Both the position numbers and the translations under genes were made by a program. Positions 1 to 10,246 of a stretch of 64,000 nt of DNA are shown one piece after another (the stretch's first letter is position 1; every line of letters starts with the position of its first letter). The notes beneath the pieces were generated by a model. The model was not told where the DNA came from, searched no databases, and saw only the letters and a list, made by a program, of their open reading frames with translations. Source of the DNA: an uncultured cyanobacterium (GTDB lineage: Bacteria > Cyanobacteriota > Cyanobacteriia > Phormidesmidales > Phormidesmidaceae); the NCBI GenBank assembly GCA_963793265.1, contig CAWBZI010000001.1, forward strand, positions 1,760,001 to 1,824,000, in the 5' to 3' direction.

Positions 1-2
1 GC

Positions 3-986
3 GCTTCTGACTACTTGCCTAAGAGTAAGCTCTCTGCTGAGGCGGTCGCTCGCCTGATCCGAGGCGCGATGCGAGTGTATCAGGCTGAGCAAATTGCGGA
101 GTTTGCCAATCGTAATCTCAGAGAGAAAAATCAGCTCTTAGAAGCTAAGAATTACGAGCTAGAGCGCCAGCGTCTGTATATTTATCAGCAAAATTTGAAG
201 CTGCAAGAAGTCTCTCGGCTAAAGTCTGAGTTTTTGGCAACGATGTCTCACGAGCTGAGAACGCCGTTGAATGCGATTATCGGCTTCTCTCAAATTTTGG
301 CGAGTAAGTCTAGGAGTTCGCTGAGCGATCGCCAGCAGGATATGGTGAGCCGGGTGCTCTCTAACGGTCGCAACCTGCTAGAGCTAATCAATGACATTTT
401 GGCCTTTTCTAAGCTAGAAGCAGGCCGTTTAGACTTGAACCCTGAAGAATTAAACATTTCTCAGCTCGTGAGCAAAACCGTCGAAGAGCTACAGTCGCTA
501 GCAACCCAGAAGCAGATTGAGCTAGTTCTAGATATTCATTTGGACAATGCAACTGTTGTCAACGATCCGACGCGGCTACGCCAAATTCTTGTCAATCTCC
601 TTTCTAACGCAATCAAGTTCACTTCTCAAGGCTCGGTGCGCGTGCAGCTAGAAGACACGCCAGACACTATCCTCCTTTCGGTCATTGACACGGGTTGCGG
701 CATTAGTGAAACCGATCGGCAGGACATTTTTGAGCCGTTTCATCAGGCCGATAGAAAGATTTCGCGCAAGCATGGCGGCACGGGCTTGGGCCTTGCTATC
801 ACGCACTCACTCGCAAAGATGATGAATGGAGAAATTTCTTTGCAGAGCACAGAGAACAAAGGTTCTACCTTCACAGTAAAGATTCCTCGGGTTGTGATTC
901 CTCAGACAGGAGCGGTGACTACGGAAGCGATTACGCCACCATCACAGACAGAAGCACACACTGAGCTAGAGCAAACGGATTGTTAA
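3..986 (+). CDS. Hybrid receiver/histidine kinase, 5'-truncated by window edge
   Basis: Frame open from the window edge (ASDYLPK, end of a receiver domain); H-box SHELRTPLNAI, N-box NLLSNAIKFT, G-boxes DTGCGI and GGTGLGL. Confidence 0.9.
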   Translation, partial: ASDYLPKSKLSAEAVARLIRGAMRVYQAEQIAEFANRNLREKNQLLEAKNYELERQRLYIYQQNLKLQEVSRLKSEFLATMSHELRTPLNAIIGFSQILASKSRSSLSDRQQDMVSRVLSNGRNLLELINDILAFSKLEAGRLDLNPEELNISQLVSKTVEELQSLATQKQIELVLDIHLDNATVVNDPTRLRQILVNLLSNAIKFTSQGSVRVQLEDTPDTILLSVIDTGCGISETDRQDIFEPFHQADRKISRKHGGTGLGLAITHSLAKMMNGEISLQSTENKGSTFTVKIPRVVIPQTGAVTTEAITPPSQTEAHTELEQTDC

Positions 987-1211
987 CAGAGTATTAAGTT
1001 AACTCAGGGGTTAGAAAGACTTATACCTATAGTTAGAAACAGTTGATACGTCCGGGATGATAGCTTGTGACTAGCGTTAAGTCACGATATTCTGTTATTT
1101 AGGCGCAGGCTATTAGGTTCAATTCCTATTTTCAAGCTTGCGATACGAAAGACGGTAAGGGCTTGCGAGTTTTTTTATACTTAAGCGCTTCTACAAGCGA
1201 TTGAAAATCCT

Positions 1212-2366
1212 GTGACGCCGAAAACTGTAAATATTCTAGCCGTTGATGACATTCCAGATAACTTGTTTATTCTAGAATCCATTTTGGCAGATGTGGACAA
1301 CTATCATATTGATAGCCTTACCGACGGTCAGGCTGCGGTAGATTATGTCTCTGAGCATCCACCCGATTTAATTTTACTAGATGTGATGATGCCTGGCCTG
1401 GACGGTTACGAAGTAACCCGCCAGATTCGCCAAAACAAGCGTCTTCCCTATATTCCTATTCTATTGGTGACGGCTCACGATCAGTCAAGCCTGAGTGAAG
1501 GGCTAGATTCGGGCGCGGATGACTTTATCCGTAAGCCTTTTGACATTGATGAACTGACTGCGAGGGTGCGATCGCTTGTCCGCCTAAAAAAGAGCATGGA
1601 CGAGCAAGTAGAAATGATTCGCCAGCGCGATGATTTTGTTGCTCGTCTGACGCACGACTTGCGCACGCCTTTGGTAGCTGCTAACAGAATGCTGAGCCTT
1701 TCTTTGCAAGGCGTCTTTGGCGAACCACCTGAACCGATGGTGGAGGCGATTGAGAACGTCATTACCAATAATGAGAACCTGTTGCAGATGACAAATACGC
1801 TGCTGCAAGTGTACCGGCATGAGGCCGGGCAAAAGAAGCTGGTGCGATCGCCGCTCTCTATATATGTACTCGCCAAAGAAGTCGTACAAGAGCTGAAGCC
1901 CTTAGCCGACGAGAAAGACATACTGCTGGCTTTGGAGACTAGACCTCATCATGCCGATAAAGAGGAGAACGCGAACGAAGATCCAGTCAGCAGCTATCGA
2001 ACTGAGGGCGATCATATTGAATTGCGGCGGCTACTAACTAACCTGTTAGGCAACGCTATCAAGTTCACAGACGAAGGCAGTATTTCGGTATCACTCTCTA
2101 TCAATCCTGAAACCTGTGATAAGTTTCCCTCTTCTGAAGCAATAGAGATTGCCATCAAAGACACAGGCGCAGGTATTGACAAAGAAGCTCAAGAGAAAAT
2201 ATTTGAGTGGTTTTACCAGGGCGATCACATGCGCGCGGGTAGCGGTTTGGGCTTGCACTTAGCCAAGCGCATTGCTGAAATGCACCATGGTACACTCACG
2301 CTAGAGTCTGAGCTGGGCCAGGGCAGCACGTTTACATTAGCGCTACCTAAGCTCAAGTCAAAATAA
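1212..2366 (+). CDS. Hybrid response regulator receiver/histidine kinase
   Basis: N-terminal REC (ILAVDD, LLDVMMP, FIRKPF), H-box THDLRTPL, HATPase NAIKFT/DTGAGI/GSGLGL. Confidence 0.92.
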   Translation: MTPKTVNILAVDDIPDNLFILESILADVDNYHIDSLTDGQAAVDYVSEHPPDLILLDVMMPGLDGYEVTRQIRQNKRLPYIPILLVTAHDQSSLSEGLDSGADDFIRKPFDIDELTARVRSLVRLKKSMDEQVEMIRQRDDFVARLTHDLRTPLVAANRMLSLSLQGVFGEPPEPMVEAIENVITNNENLLQMTNTLLQVYRHEAGQKKLVRSPLSIYVLAKEVVQELKPLADEKDILLALETRPHHADKEENANEDPVSSYRTEGDHIELRRLLTNLLGNAIKFTDEGSISVSLSINPETCDKFPSSEAIEIAIKDTGAGIDKEAQEKIFEWFYQGDHMRAGSGLGLHLAKRIAEMHHGTLTLESELGQGSTFTLALPKLKSK

Positions 2367-2398
2367 CTCAAATTAATACAGTAAGAGCCTAAAAGCAC

Positions 2399-4141
2399 AT
2401 GGAGCCTCTTAAGCGCGTACTCGGAAATTTGAAGTCTTATTTCTGGATAGCCGCTGGGGCCACGCTGAGTTTACTTTTACTAACCGCTGCTAATGCCATT
2501 ACCCCACAGCTTTTCAGGCGGGGCATTGATGAAGGCATTTCGGCGCAAGATTTGAACGTGGTGCTGGTAACCGGAGCGCTAATGGTTGGCGTGGCGATCG
2601 CGCGCGGCCTTTTCAACTTTGGCCAAAGCTACTGGGCCGAAGCGGTGAGCCAGGGCGTCGCCTACCAGCTACGCGGCCAGGTCTTCAACAAAATAGAAAC
2701 CCTTAGCTTTAGCTATCACGACCGGGTACAAACCTCTCAGCTCCTCACCCGCATCACCAGCGACATTGAGCAGATTCGCACCTTTGTTGGCACCAGCCTG
2801 ATTCAGGTAATCAGCTCGCTAGTCACGCTAGTAACGATTGCCACGATTCTACTGATTATGAACTGGCGCTTAGCGCTGGTAACACTGGCGGCGGTGCCAT
2901 TAGCAGGCGCTTTACTGTTCCGCTTTTTTGGTAAAAATCAACCTCTCTTCGGCCAGGTGCAGCAGCGGCTAGGCGACCTGAACGAAGTGCTGCGAGAGAA
3001 CTTGCTAGGTGTACGAGTCGTAAAAGCGTTTGCCCGCGAGCCGGTAGAGCTAGCGCGCTACACCCAAATGAACAGCAACCTAATCGCGGTTTATATCAAA
3101 ACGCTCGCCGCGATTCGCAATACCTTTCCCTTTGTCTTTTTACTCAGCAACCTAATCACGCTAGCAGTCGTCGGCTACGGCGGCGCGCAGGTCATCAACG
3201 GCACGTTTACAATTGGCGAGCTGGTCGCTTTTAATGCCTATCTGCTGTTTATTTTGCAGCCGGTATTGCTGATTGGCTTTGCGGCTCCGGTGATTGCCCA
3301 GGCGTCGGCATCGGCTGAGCGGGTATACGAGATTATCGACGCGCCCGTTGACATTACCAATCGGCCCGACGCCGTTCCTTTTGACGCCTGTGCGGGACGA
3401 ATTGCCTTTGAAGACGTTTGGTTTCGCTATCCGGGCGCGACTGAACCCGCATTGCAGGGCGTTTCTTTTGAGACTAAGCCGAATGAACTGGTGGCAATTT
3501 TGGGCATGACCGGCTCAGGAAAGAGTACGGTGGTGAACCTGATTCAGCGCTTTTATGACGTGACTAAAGGGGCGGTGCGGATTGATGGGCGAGATGTGAA
3601 AGATTTTGACTTGGAGAGTTTGCGATCGCGCATCGGCGTTGTTTTTCAAGAAACCACATTGTTTTCTGGCACGCTGCGAGAGAATATTGCCTACGCTAAG
3701 CCCGGCGCTTCACTAGAAGACGTGATCGAAGTGGCTAAGATTGCGCATATTCACGACTTTATCTCAGGTTTGCCGGAAGGGTATGAGACGGTGGTCGGTG
3801 AGCGGGGCGTGGGGCTCTCGGGCGGGCAAAAGCAGAGGATTGCGATCGCCCGGACGCTAATAACGGACTACAATATTCTAATTTTGGACGACAGCACCTC
3901 GGCGGTAGATGCTGAAACGGCGGCTGAGATTCAGGCTGATTTGGATAAGATTATGCACGAGCGTACCTGTAGCGCTTTTGTGATTGCGCAGCGAATTAGC
4001 ACTATTCAGAGTGCCGACCGGATTTTGTTGATTGATAACGGGAGGTTGGCAGCGCAGGGAACGCATGAGGCGTTGATGCTCTCGAGTGCTTTGTATGGCG
4101 CGATTTTGGAGTCGCAGATGAAGCAGCCGGTTGCGGCTTGA
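2399..4141 (+). CDS. ABC exporter, fused permease/ATPase (degenerate-site subunit)
   Basis: TM domain; Walker A GMTGSGKST, signature LSGGQ, Walker B ILDDST (E to D), switch IAQR (H to Q). Confidence 0.93.
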   Translation: MEPLKRVLGNLKSYFWIAAGATLSLLLLTAANAITPQLFRRGIDEGISAQDLNVVLVTGALMVGVAIARGLFNFGQSYWAEAVSQGVAYQLRGQVFNKIETLSFSYHDRVQTSQLLTRITSDIEQIRTFVGTSLIQVISSLVTLVTIATILLIMNWRLALVTLAAVPLAGALLFRFFGKNQPLFGQVQQRLGDLNEVLRENLLGVRVVKAFAREPVELARYTQMNSNLIAVYIKTLAAIRNTFPFVFLLSNLITLAVVGYGGAQVINGTFTIGELVAFNAYLLFILQPVLLIGFAAPVIAQASASAERVYEIIDAPVDITNRPDAVPFDACAGRIAFEDVWFRYPGATEPALQGVSFETKPNELVAILGMTGSGKSTVVNLIQRFYDVTKGAVRIDGRDVKDFDLESLRSRIGVVFQETTLFSGTLRENIAYAKPGASLEDVIEVAKIAHIHDFISGLPEGYETVVGERGVGLSGGQKQRIAIARTLITDYNILILDDSTSAVDAETAAEIQADLDKIMHERTCSAFVIAQRISTIQSADRILLIDNGRLAAQGTHEALMLSSALYGAILESQMKQPVAA

Positions 4142-4190
4142 CCATAGAATATCGCCGGAGACTGTCGCTGGTGTCAGTATTTATTGCACT

Positions 4191-4214
4191 GGGCGTAAGA
4201 CCTTACGCCCCTAC
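4191..4214. repeat. REP-like palindrome between the ABC genes
   Basis: gggcgtaa-gacc-ttacgccc followed by ctac; resembles GTAGGGGCG...CGCCCCTAC repeats with a decayed left end. Confidence 0.5.
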
Positions 4215-4220
4215 CGATCC

Positions 4221-5990
4221 ATGCCAAATGCCCCTATCGCCCCCGATCAAAAGGCCAACCAACAGCTTTCTACCTTTCGCCGCTTTCTTGGCTATCTGGG
4301 CCCCTACAAAAAAGAACTGCCGATCGCAATTGGGGCGGTCATCATCGGCGCATCGACTCAGGCGATCGGCCCTTTCCTCATCGGCTGGTCAATCGACAAT
4401 CTTATTCGCCCTGGCAATCTAACCGGCCTTATGTGGATGATCGCCGGGCTCGCTCTGGTTTACGTCATCGGCACCTTCGCCATTCGCGCTCAAATCTTCC
4501 GCGTCGGCGCAATCGTTCAAAAGGTACTCGCCCAGCTTCGACAGGACATTTTCACCAAGATCCAAAGCCTCTCCATCGGCTACTTTGATAAAAGTGAAGC
4601 AGGCGATTTGATGAGCCGTTTGCTCAACGATGTCAGCGTGATCAATCAGGCATTCGGCCAAAGCATCCCGCAGATTTTAGGCAACACGTTTAGCCTCATC
4701 GGCATCATCATTGCCATGCTGCTAATTAATCTTCAGCTCGGGCTGCTCAGCAATCTGGTGGTGCCCGTGATGATTTTGACCACGGGCTTTTTCTCTCGCT
4801 GGGCCAGAGCCCGGTTTCGAGTCACTCGCGAAACTATTGGTGAGCTGTCGTCTCGAATTGAAGAAGACGTGAGCAGCGTACGCGAGGCACAAGCCTTTAA
4901 CCGCGTGGACTACAACATTGACGCCTTTGAATCGCTTAATGCGGCGAATCGAGATGCGAATATAGAAGCGGTCGCAGTGACGGCAGCGTTTTTACCATCG
5001 ATTGATTTTTTGAATACGCTAGCGACGGCAGGTGTGCTGGCCTATGGCGGCTACTTAGCTGTGACGGGCGGGGCGACGGTGGGCACAGTGACGGCGTTTT
5101 TGCTGTATGTACAGCAGTTTTTTAGACCCATTCAAATTTTGAGTCAGTTTTATACGCAGGCGCAGAGTGCGATCGCTGGCCTAGAAAGAATTTTCTTGCT
5201 TTTGGACGAACCCGAACTGTTACAAGACGATCCTCACGCCATAGATATTCCACCGATCGAGGGCAAAGTAGAATTCGACAACGTGACCTTTGGCTATGTG
5301 CCTGGGCAAACCATCCTAGACGGCGTGAATCTATGCGCACAGCCTGGTCAGATGGTGGCGTTAGTGGGCCCAACAGGTGCAGGAAAGAGCACGATTATCA
5401 ACCTAATTTTGCGTTTTTATGACGTGACAGGCGGCGCGGTGAGAGTCGATGATGCGGACGTGCGGGAGGTGACTCAGGCAAGCTTGCGCCGTCAGATTGG
5501 CTACGTGCTACAAGACAACATTCTCTTTAGTGGGACGGTTGCTGAGAATATTGCCTTCGGCCATCCGAGCGCGAGCCAGGCAGACATTGAACAGGCCGCG
5601 CGGGTGGCGAATGTACATGAGTTTGTGACAAAGCTGCCGCAGGGATATGCGACTGAGCTAGGTGAGCGTGGGGCGTCATTGAGTCAGGGGCAGCGGCAGC
5701 TTATTAGCATTGCTAGAGCGGTGTTAATTGACCCGCGTATTTTGATTTTGGATGAGGCGACCAGCAGTATTGATACGCAGACTGAAGGACTGGTGCAAGA
5801 TGCGATCGCAAACTTGCTCAAGAACAGAACCAGCTTTGTGATTGCCCATCGGTTGAGCACGGTAACGCAGGCCGATCAGGTGCTAGTGATTCAGCAGGGG
5901 CAGATTGTTGAGAAGGGCAGTCACGATCAGTTGATTGCAAAAGAAGGGGTGTATGCGAAGCTTTATGCGTTGCAGCTAGGGGCGGCGTAG
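4221..5990 (+). CDS. ABC exporter, fused permease/ATPase (consensus-site subunit)
   Basis: Walker A GPTGAGKST, LSQGQ, ILDEATS, IAHR; start placed at ATG 4221 to avoid overlap. Confidence 0.93.
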   Translation: MPNAPIAPDQKANQQLSTFRRFLGYLGPYKKELPIAIGAVIIGASTQAIGPFLIGWSIDNLIRPGNLTGLMWMIAGLALVYVIGTFAIRAQIFRVGAIVQKVLAQLRQDIFTKIQSLSIGYFDKSEAGDLMSRLLNDVSVINQAFGQSIPQILGNTFSLIGIIIAMLLINLQLGLLSNLVVPVMILTTGFFSRWARARFRVTRETIGELSSRIEEDVSSVREAQAFNRVDYNIDAFESLNAANRDANIEAVAVTAAFLPSIDFLNTLATAGVLAYGGYLAVTGGATVGTVTAFLLYVQQFFRPIQILSQFYTQAQSAIAGLERIFLLLDEPELLQDDPHAIDIPPIEGKVEFDNVTFGYVPGQTILDGVNLCAQPGQMVALVGPTGAGKSTIINLILRFYDVTGGAVRVDDADVREVTQASLRRQIGYVLQDNILFSGTVAENIAFGHPSASQADIEQAARVANVHEFVTKLPQGYATELGERGASLSQGQRQLISIARAVLIDPRILILDEATSSIDTQTEGLVQDAIANLLKNRTSFVIAHRLSTVTQADQVLVIQQGQIVEKGSHDQLIAKEGVYAKLYALQLGAA

Positions 5991-7694
5991 TTATTCGGTC
6001 ATCAGCGTAACCGAGTGCTCAATCATTTCAGTCACAAACGTCTTATACCCCACCGTCTCAAACAGCACATTCACCTTTTCTTCCTCATATCGCATCACCT
6101 GCCCAATCCCAAAGCTAGTATGAATGATGCGGCTCCCAATTGGGAAAGGGTGATGGTAGTTGATAGTCTTTTCTTCATTCTCTTCAGCCACCTCGCAGTT
6201 GTCACAAAAGCCGCAGGGCGCTTCAAATTCTTCACCAAAATAGCTCAGCACATACTCACGGCGACAGGCATCTGTCTCTGCATAGCCGCGCATCATGTGT
6301 AAGCGAGAATGGCCAAACTGTTTGCGACGCTCTTGCGCCGTCATCGCCTGTTCAACGATTTGTTCTAAGTCATCATCTGTTTCTACAATCACAATATCCG
6401 ACTCGTCTCGCTCGATCAATCCCGTTGATTCAAGCGCATCTAAAGCAGCGTGCGCTTTCACCTGTGATAAACCAAAGTGTTCTTGGATATGCTCTCTTAA
6501 CTGTTCCTCATCAGGCACCGAAGTCATCGTCTCTAACAGCTCCACTAGCGCCTTCAAAACATCTTCCTCAACCTGAGCGCCCCCCGAGAAGAACCGCTGT
6601 AGCTTCATATCGTCAGGATGATAGAACAATGTCGTACTAGCCGGTTCGCCATCTCTAGCGGCTCTGCCGATCTCTTGGTAGTAGGCGTCTATTGAGCCGG
6701 GAATGTGATAGTGAAAAACAAACCTGACGTTGGCTTTGTCAATGCCCATGCCGAAGGCGTTAGTGGCGACAATGACATCGATTTCGTCGTCAATAAATTG
6801 GGCTTGGGCAGTATCGCGATCGCTTCCTTTCATCCCGGCATGATAGGCGATCGCCCCCATCCCCTGCTCTACCAAGGCTGCCGCAATCTCTTCAGCCGCC
6901 TTCCGCGTCGCCACATACACAATCCCCGGACTTTGAGCCTCAGCTACCGCCTTTAGCAACCGCTCTAACTTTTCTTCTTCGCTATAGCAACCACAAACGC
7001 TCAAATGAATATTAGGCCGGTCAAACCCTTTGACAATCTCAGCAGGGCAATCCATCCCCAGCCGTTCAACAATCTCCTTTCTCACCAAAGGCGAAGCCGT
7101 CGCCGTCAGCGCTAGCGTCACCGGATGCCCCAAAGCCTCGATTACGCTGCCTAATTGCAGATAGTCAGGCCGAAAGTCGTGTCCCCATTCACTGACGCAG
7201 TGCGCCTCATCTACCACAAACAAAGAGGGTTCAATCTCTTTTATTTTCTCTAGCGTTTCTACGTTGCTAAACTGCTCAGGGGCCATGAAGATAAACTCTA
7301 GCGCCTGGTTAGCTAGCTGCTCAAAGACGTGCGATCGCTCAGCTTTACTCAGCGTGGAGTTGAGCACCGCGGCCTTTACAGTATCTTGTTGTGCGATCGC
7401 CTCTACCTGATCGTGCTGCAAAGCAATCAACGGCGAAATGACAACCGTTACGCCTGGCATTCGCAGTCCTGCAATCTGGTAGATGGCCGACTTTCCTGAG
7501 CCAGTAGGCATCACTGCCAGGGTATCTCGCCCCTGTAGCACTGCCGATAGCACCTCATGCTGAGCAGGTCGCAAATGGTCGTATCCAAACACCTGTTGGG
7601 CAATTTGCTCTAGCTGTGGGTTCGGCTGAGCATCTAATTTAGTAACTGACTTATTGGCTGACTCGGCGGTCGGTTTGGGCGATACGCTAACCAT
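5991..7694 (-). CDS. recQ: RecQ-family ATP-dependent DNA helicase
   Basis: MPTGSGKS, DEAHCVSEWGHDFRPDY, ATNAFGMGID, QEIGRAARDG, Zn motif CRR...CGFCDNC; no recognisable HRDC domain. Confidence 0.93.
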   Translation of the reverse strand: MVSVSPKPTAESANKSVTKLDAQPNPQLEQIAQQVFGYDHLRPAQHEVLSAVLQGRDTLAVMPTGSGKSAIYQIAGLRMPGVTVVISPLIALQHDQVEAIAQQDTVKAAVLNSTLSKAERSHVFEQLANQALEFIFMAPEQFSNVETLEKIKEIEPSLFVVDEAHCVSEWGHDFRPDYLQLGSVIEALGHPVTLALTATASPLVRKEIVERLGMDCPAEIVKGFDRPNIHLSVCGCYSEEEKLERLLKAVAEAQSPGIVYVATRKAAEEIAAALVEQGMGAIAYHAGMKGSDRDTAQAQFIDDEIDVIVATNAFGMGIDKANVRFVFHYHIPGSIDAYYQEIGRAARDGEPASTTLFYHPDDMKLQRFFSGGAQVEEDVLKALVELLETMTSVPDEEQLREHIQEHFGLSQVKAHAALDALESTGLIERDESDIVIVETDDDLEQIVEQAMTAQERRKQFGHSRLHMMRGYAETDACRREYVLSYFGEEFEAPCGFCDNCEVAEENEEKTINYHHPFPIGSRIIHTSFGIGQVMRYEEEKVNVLFETVGYKTFVTEMIEHSVTLMTE

Positions 7695-7882
7695 AGAACT
7701 GCAATCACTGTTTAGGCTCTTATTTTGCGCTTCTCGCTGCGCCCAGCCTTCTTTCTCTAGAGAGAAACGCCTATTCTAATATCTATAACTTTATATTGCG
7801 TGGCAGCGCCAAACAGTGAGTTCTCACTACCATCGAGGATGAAACTGTTCACTTCTACCCTATTTTTTTGGAGCGATTTAAC

Positions 7883-8365
7883 GTGACGACAGCCTATTCT
7901 GAGCAAGAGATAAAAGAGATTGTCAACGGCGCGACGCTGATTGGTATGGGCGTGGCGATGGTTGATATGGGCATTATCTCGACGGCGATTGAGTCGTCTG
8001 CGATGTCTAAAGAGATTATGGGCGCAGCAGAAAAGTATCCTAACAACAGCTTAATTCAGGCGGCGTTTTCAAAAGAGGCTATGCGCGGCGGGAGTCTTAA
8101 AATTGAGCGGCCTCATGTGAAGGCTGAGGATATTTCTAGCGGGGCTTTTGTGGATCAGGCGATCACTGCTGTAGATAGCACCATTGCCAGCGTAGAAGGC
8201 AAAGCGACTGCCACTGAGATTCAGGAGTACAAGTCTTTTGTGTATGGGGTGGCTGAAGCGGTCGCCAAGGCGGCAGGTAAAGGTTTGTTCGGAACGGGCG
8301 ATGTTAAGGTGACGCCTGAAGAAGCGGCGGCGCTGACTAAGATTAAACTGGCGATGGGAATTTGA
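7883..8365 (+). CDS. Hypothetical protein
   Basis: Ala-rich ORF with GGAG upstream of GTG 7883, followed by a terminator. Confidence 0.75.
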   Translation: MTTAYSEQEIKEIVNGATLIGMGVAMVDMGIISTAIESSAMSKEIMGAAEKYPNNSLIQAAFSKEAMRGGSLKIERPHVKAEDISSGAFVDQAITAVDSTIASVEGKATATEIQEYKSFVYGVAEAVAKAAGKGLFGTGDVKVTPEEAAALTKIKLAMGI

Positions 8366-8396
8366 TCTTTATAATCTAACAAGCTCTTAAAGCGCA

Positions 8397-8435
8397 GAAA
8401 GCAGCCTCACGAGACAATGCCGTGAGGCTGCTTTT
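8397..8435. terminator. Bidirectional intrinsic terminator
   Basis: aaagcagcctcacg / cgtgaggctgcttt stem between convergent genes, A and T tails. Confidence 0.85.
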
Positions 8436-8462
8436 AACGCGTAGCGTTAGACCCTTGCCTGA

Positions 8463-9041
8463 TTACTGAGCCGCACCAGGAAGGAGAGAAGGTGGAATGA
8501 GTACGGTATCAATGACGTGAATAATGCCGTTGCTAACGTCTATATCAGCCGTTGTGACCATTGCATTGTTCACCATTACACCGCTGTCGCTAGCGACGAT
8601 GGCAACGTCTTCGCCTGCAACGGTTGCGACTGTGCCGCTCTCGATTTCGCTAGCAGGCACTTCTCCGGCGATAACGTGATAGGTAAGAATCGCCTGAAGG
8701 GCTTCTTTGTTCTCTTCCAAAAGCAGCGTTTCTACAGTGCCCTCAGGTAGCTTTTCAAAGGCTTCATCGGTGGGCGCAAACACGGTGTAGGGGCCTTCGC
8801 CGCTCAGCGTGTCTTCCAAGTCAGCCGCCTGTACAGCCGCAACTAGGGTATCAAACGAACCGTTGGCAGCGGCGACCTCTAAAATGCTCCCCATATCGGC
8901 AGCGGCGACTTCTTCAGAGGTAGATTCAGCGGCGGTATCATCAGGGGGATTGTTGCAAGCTACGGCTACTGGCAAAATCATCAGGGCAGCGGCAATACCG
9001 GCAAACTTATTGAGAGGCTTGATAGAAGTAGAAAAGCGCAT
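8463..9041 (-). CDS. Fasciclin (FAS1) domain protein, probable lipoprotein
   Basis: YTVFAPTDEAF, ILTYHV, NGIIHVIDTVL; signal peptide ending VAVAC. Confidence 0.92.
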   Translation of the reverse strand: MRFSTSIKPLNKFAGIAAALMILPVAVACNNPPDDTAAESTSEEVAAADMGSILEVAAANGSFDTLVAAVQAADLEDTLSGEGPYTVFAPTDEAFEKLPEGTVETLLLEENKEALQAILTYHVIAGEVPASEIESGTVATVAGEDVAIVASDSGVMVNNAMVTTADIDVSNGIIHVIDTVLIPPSLLPGAAQ

Positions 9042-9190
9042 AGATTTTTGTAAGGTGAGTATGTTGCAAAAAATGGACAAACGAAGCAACGGGAGCCGTC
9101 GTAACTGCTGCTGGTGTTCATTGTAGTGTGAAGAAATAAGTATTTACGCTGAGCTAAGATTACAGTGTTGTAATTTTAGTGCCTGTAAGT

Positions 9191-10202
9191 TTAGTAATCG
9201 TGGTTAGCCTGGCACAGCAATAGCCCAAACCATTTGTTCTTATCAACAAACGTTTCCAAAACTGGAAGATGGTATTTCGCTAACGTTGTCGAGATTTCGT
9301 TGAGACTGAACTTACGAGAAATTTCGCTCAGCAGAAGCTCTCCTGCTTGAAAGCTGGTCGAAAAGTTCAATGCTTTGAGACGAACAGTTTGTTGTTTAAA
9401 ACTCTTCAAATGCATCTCAATTTGATGTGCTCTTGTTGTTGTAGTGAGCCACATGACGAAAACTTTTAAGCTCAAAGTCTCCTTCAAATTGCCGATTAAG
9501 ATGCTGCAACATATTAAGGTTAAAAGCTGCTGTCACGCCCTGGCTGTCGTTGTAGGCAGCTTCTAAGACTGAGATCTCTTTTTGCAGATCAAGACCCAGT
9601 AAAAAATAGTCATTGGGCCGTAGGGTTTGGCTAACGCGCTGAAGGAATTTGTTGCATTCGTGGGGCGAGAGGTTGCCTAGTGTGCTGCCGATGAAGCACA
9701 GCATTCTAGCAGGTAGCTGGGCGGGCGGAAGATTTGCAAGGGCAGATTCGTAGGTACTGACTAATCCATAAATAGATAGTGTTGAATAGTCGGTAAGTAG
9801 CTGTTTGGCGCTGCTGGTGAGCATGGTGCCGCTAACGTCGATGGGGATGTAGCGCAGCGGGTAGCCTGCTTTTTGGTAGGCGCTGAGCAGAATGCGGGTT
9901 TTGGTAGCGCTGCCGCTGCCGAGTTCTGCGATTTCACAGGGGCCAGTGATGCGGGCGATCGCATCTCCATACTCTTTAAAAATAGCCGTCTCCGTCCGCG
10001 TTGGGTAGTACTCTGGCAGCTCGCAAATCTGCTCAAATAGCTGCGATCCACGCTCGTCGTAAAAGTACTTTGGCGGCAGCGACTTAGGCTCAGCAGAGAG
10101 CCCTTCGATCACGTCCTGACCGTCTTCAGAGGTGTCTGCCTGCATCAAGTCGCGAATAACTAGCCGTTCATCTTTCGACTGCTGCGAGTTTTGTAAAGTC
10201 AA
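9191..10202 (-). pseudogene. egtD: L-histidine N-alpha-methyltransferase, frameshifted near 9435 (real or sequencing error)
   Basis: KSLPPKYFYD, PEYYPTRTE, ELGSGS, AYNDSQGVTAAFNLN in one frame; HQIEMHL and SEISRKF continue in the adjacent frame. Confidence 0.88.
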
Positions 10203-10246
10203 GACGCTTTTTCTCCCTATTGTTTCTCCTGTCAACCATGCCATTT

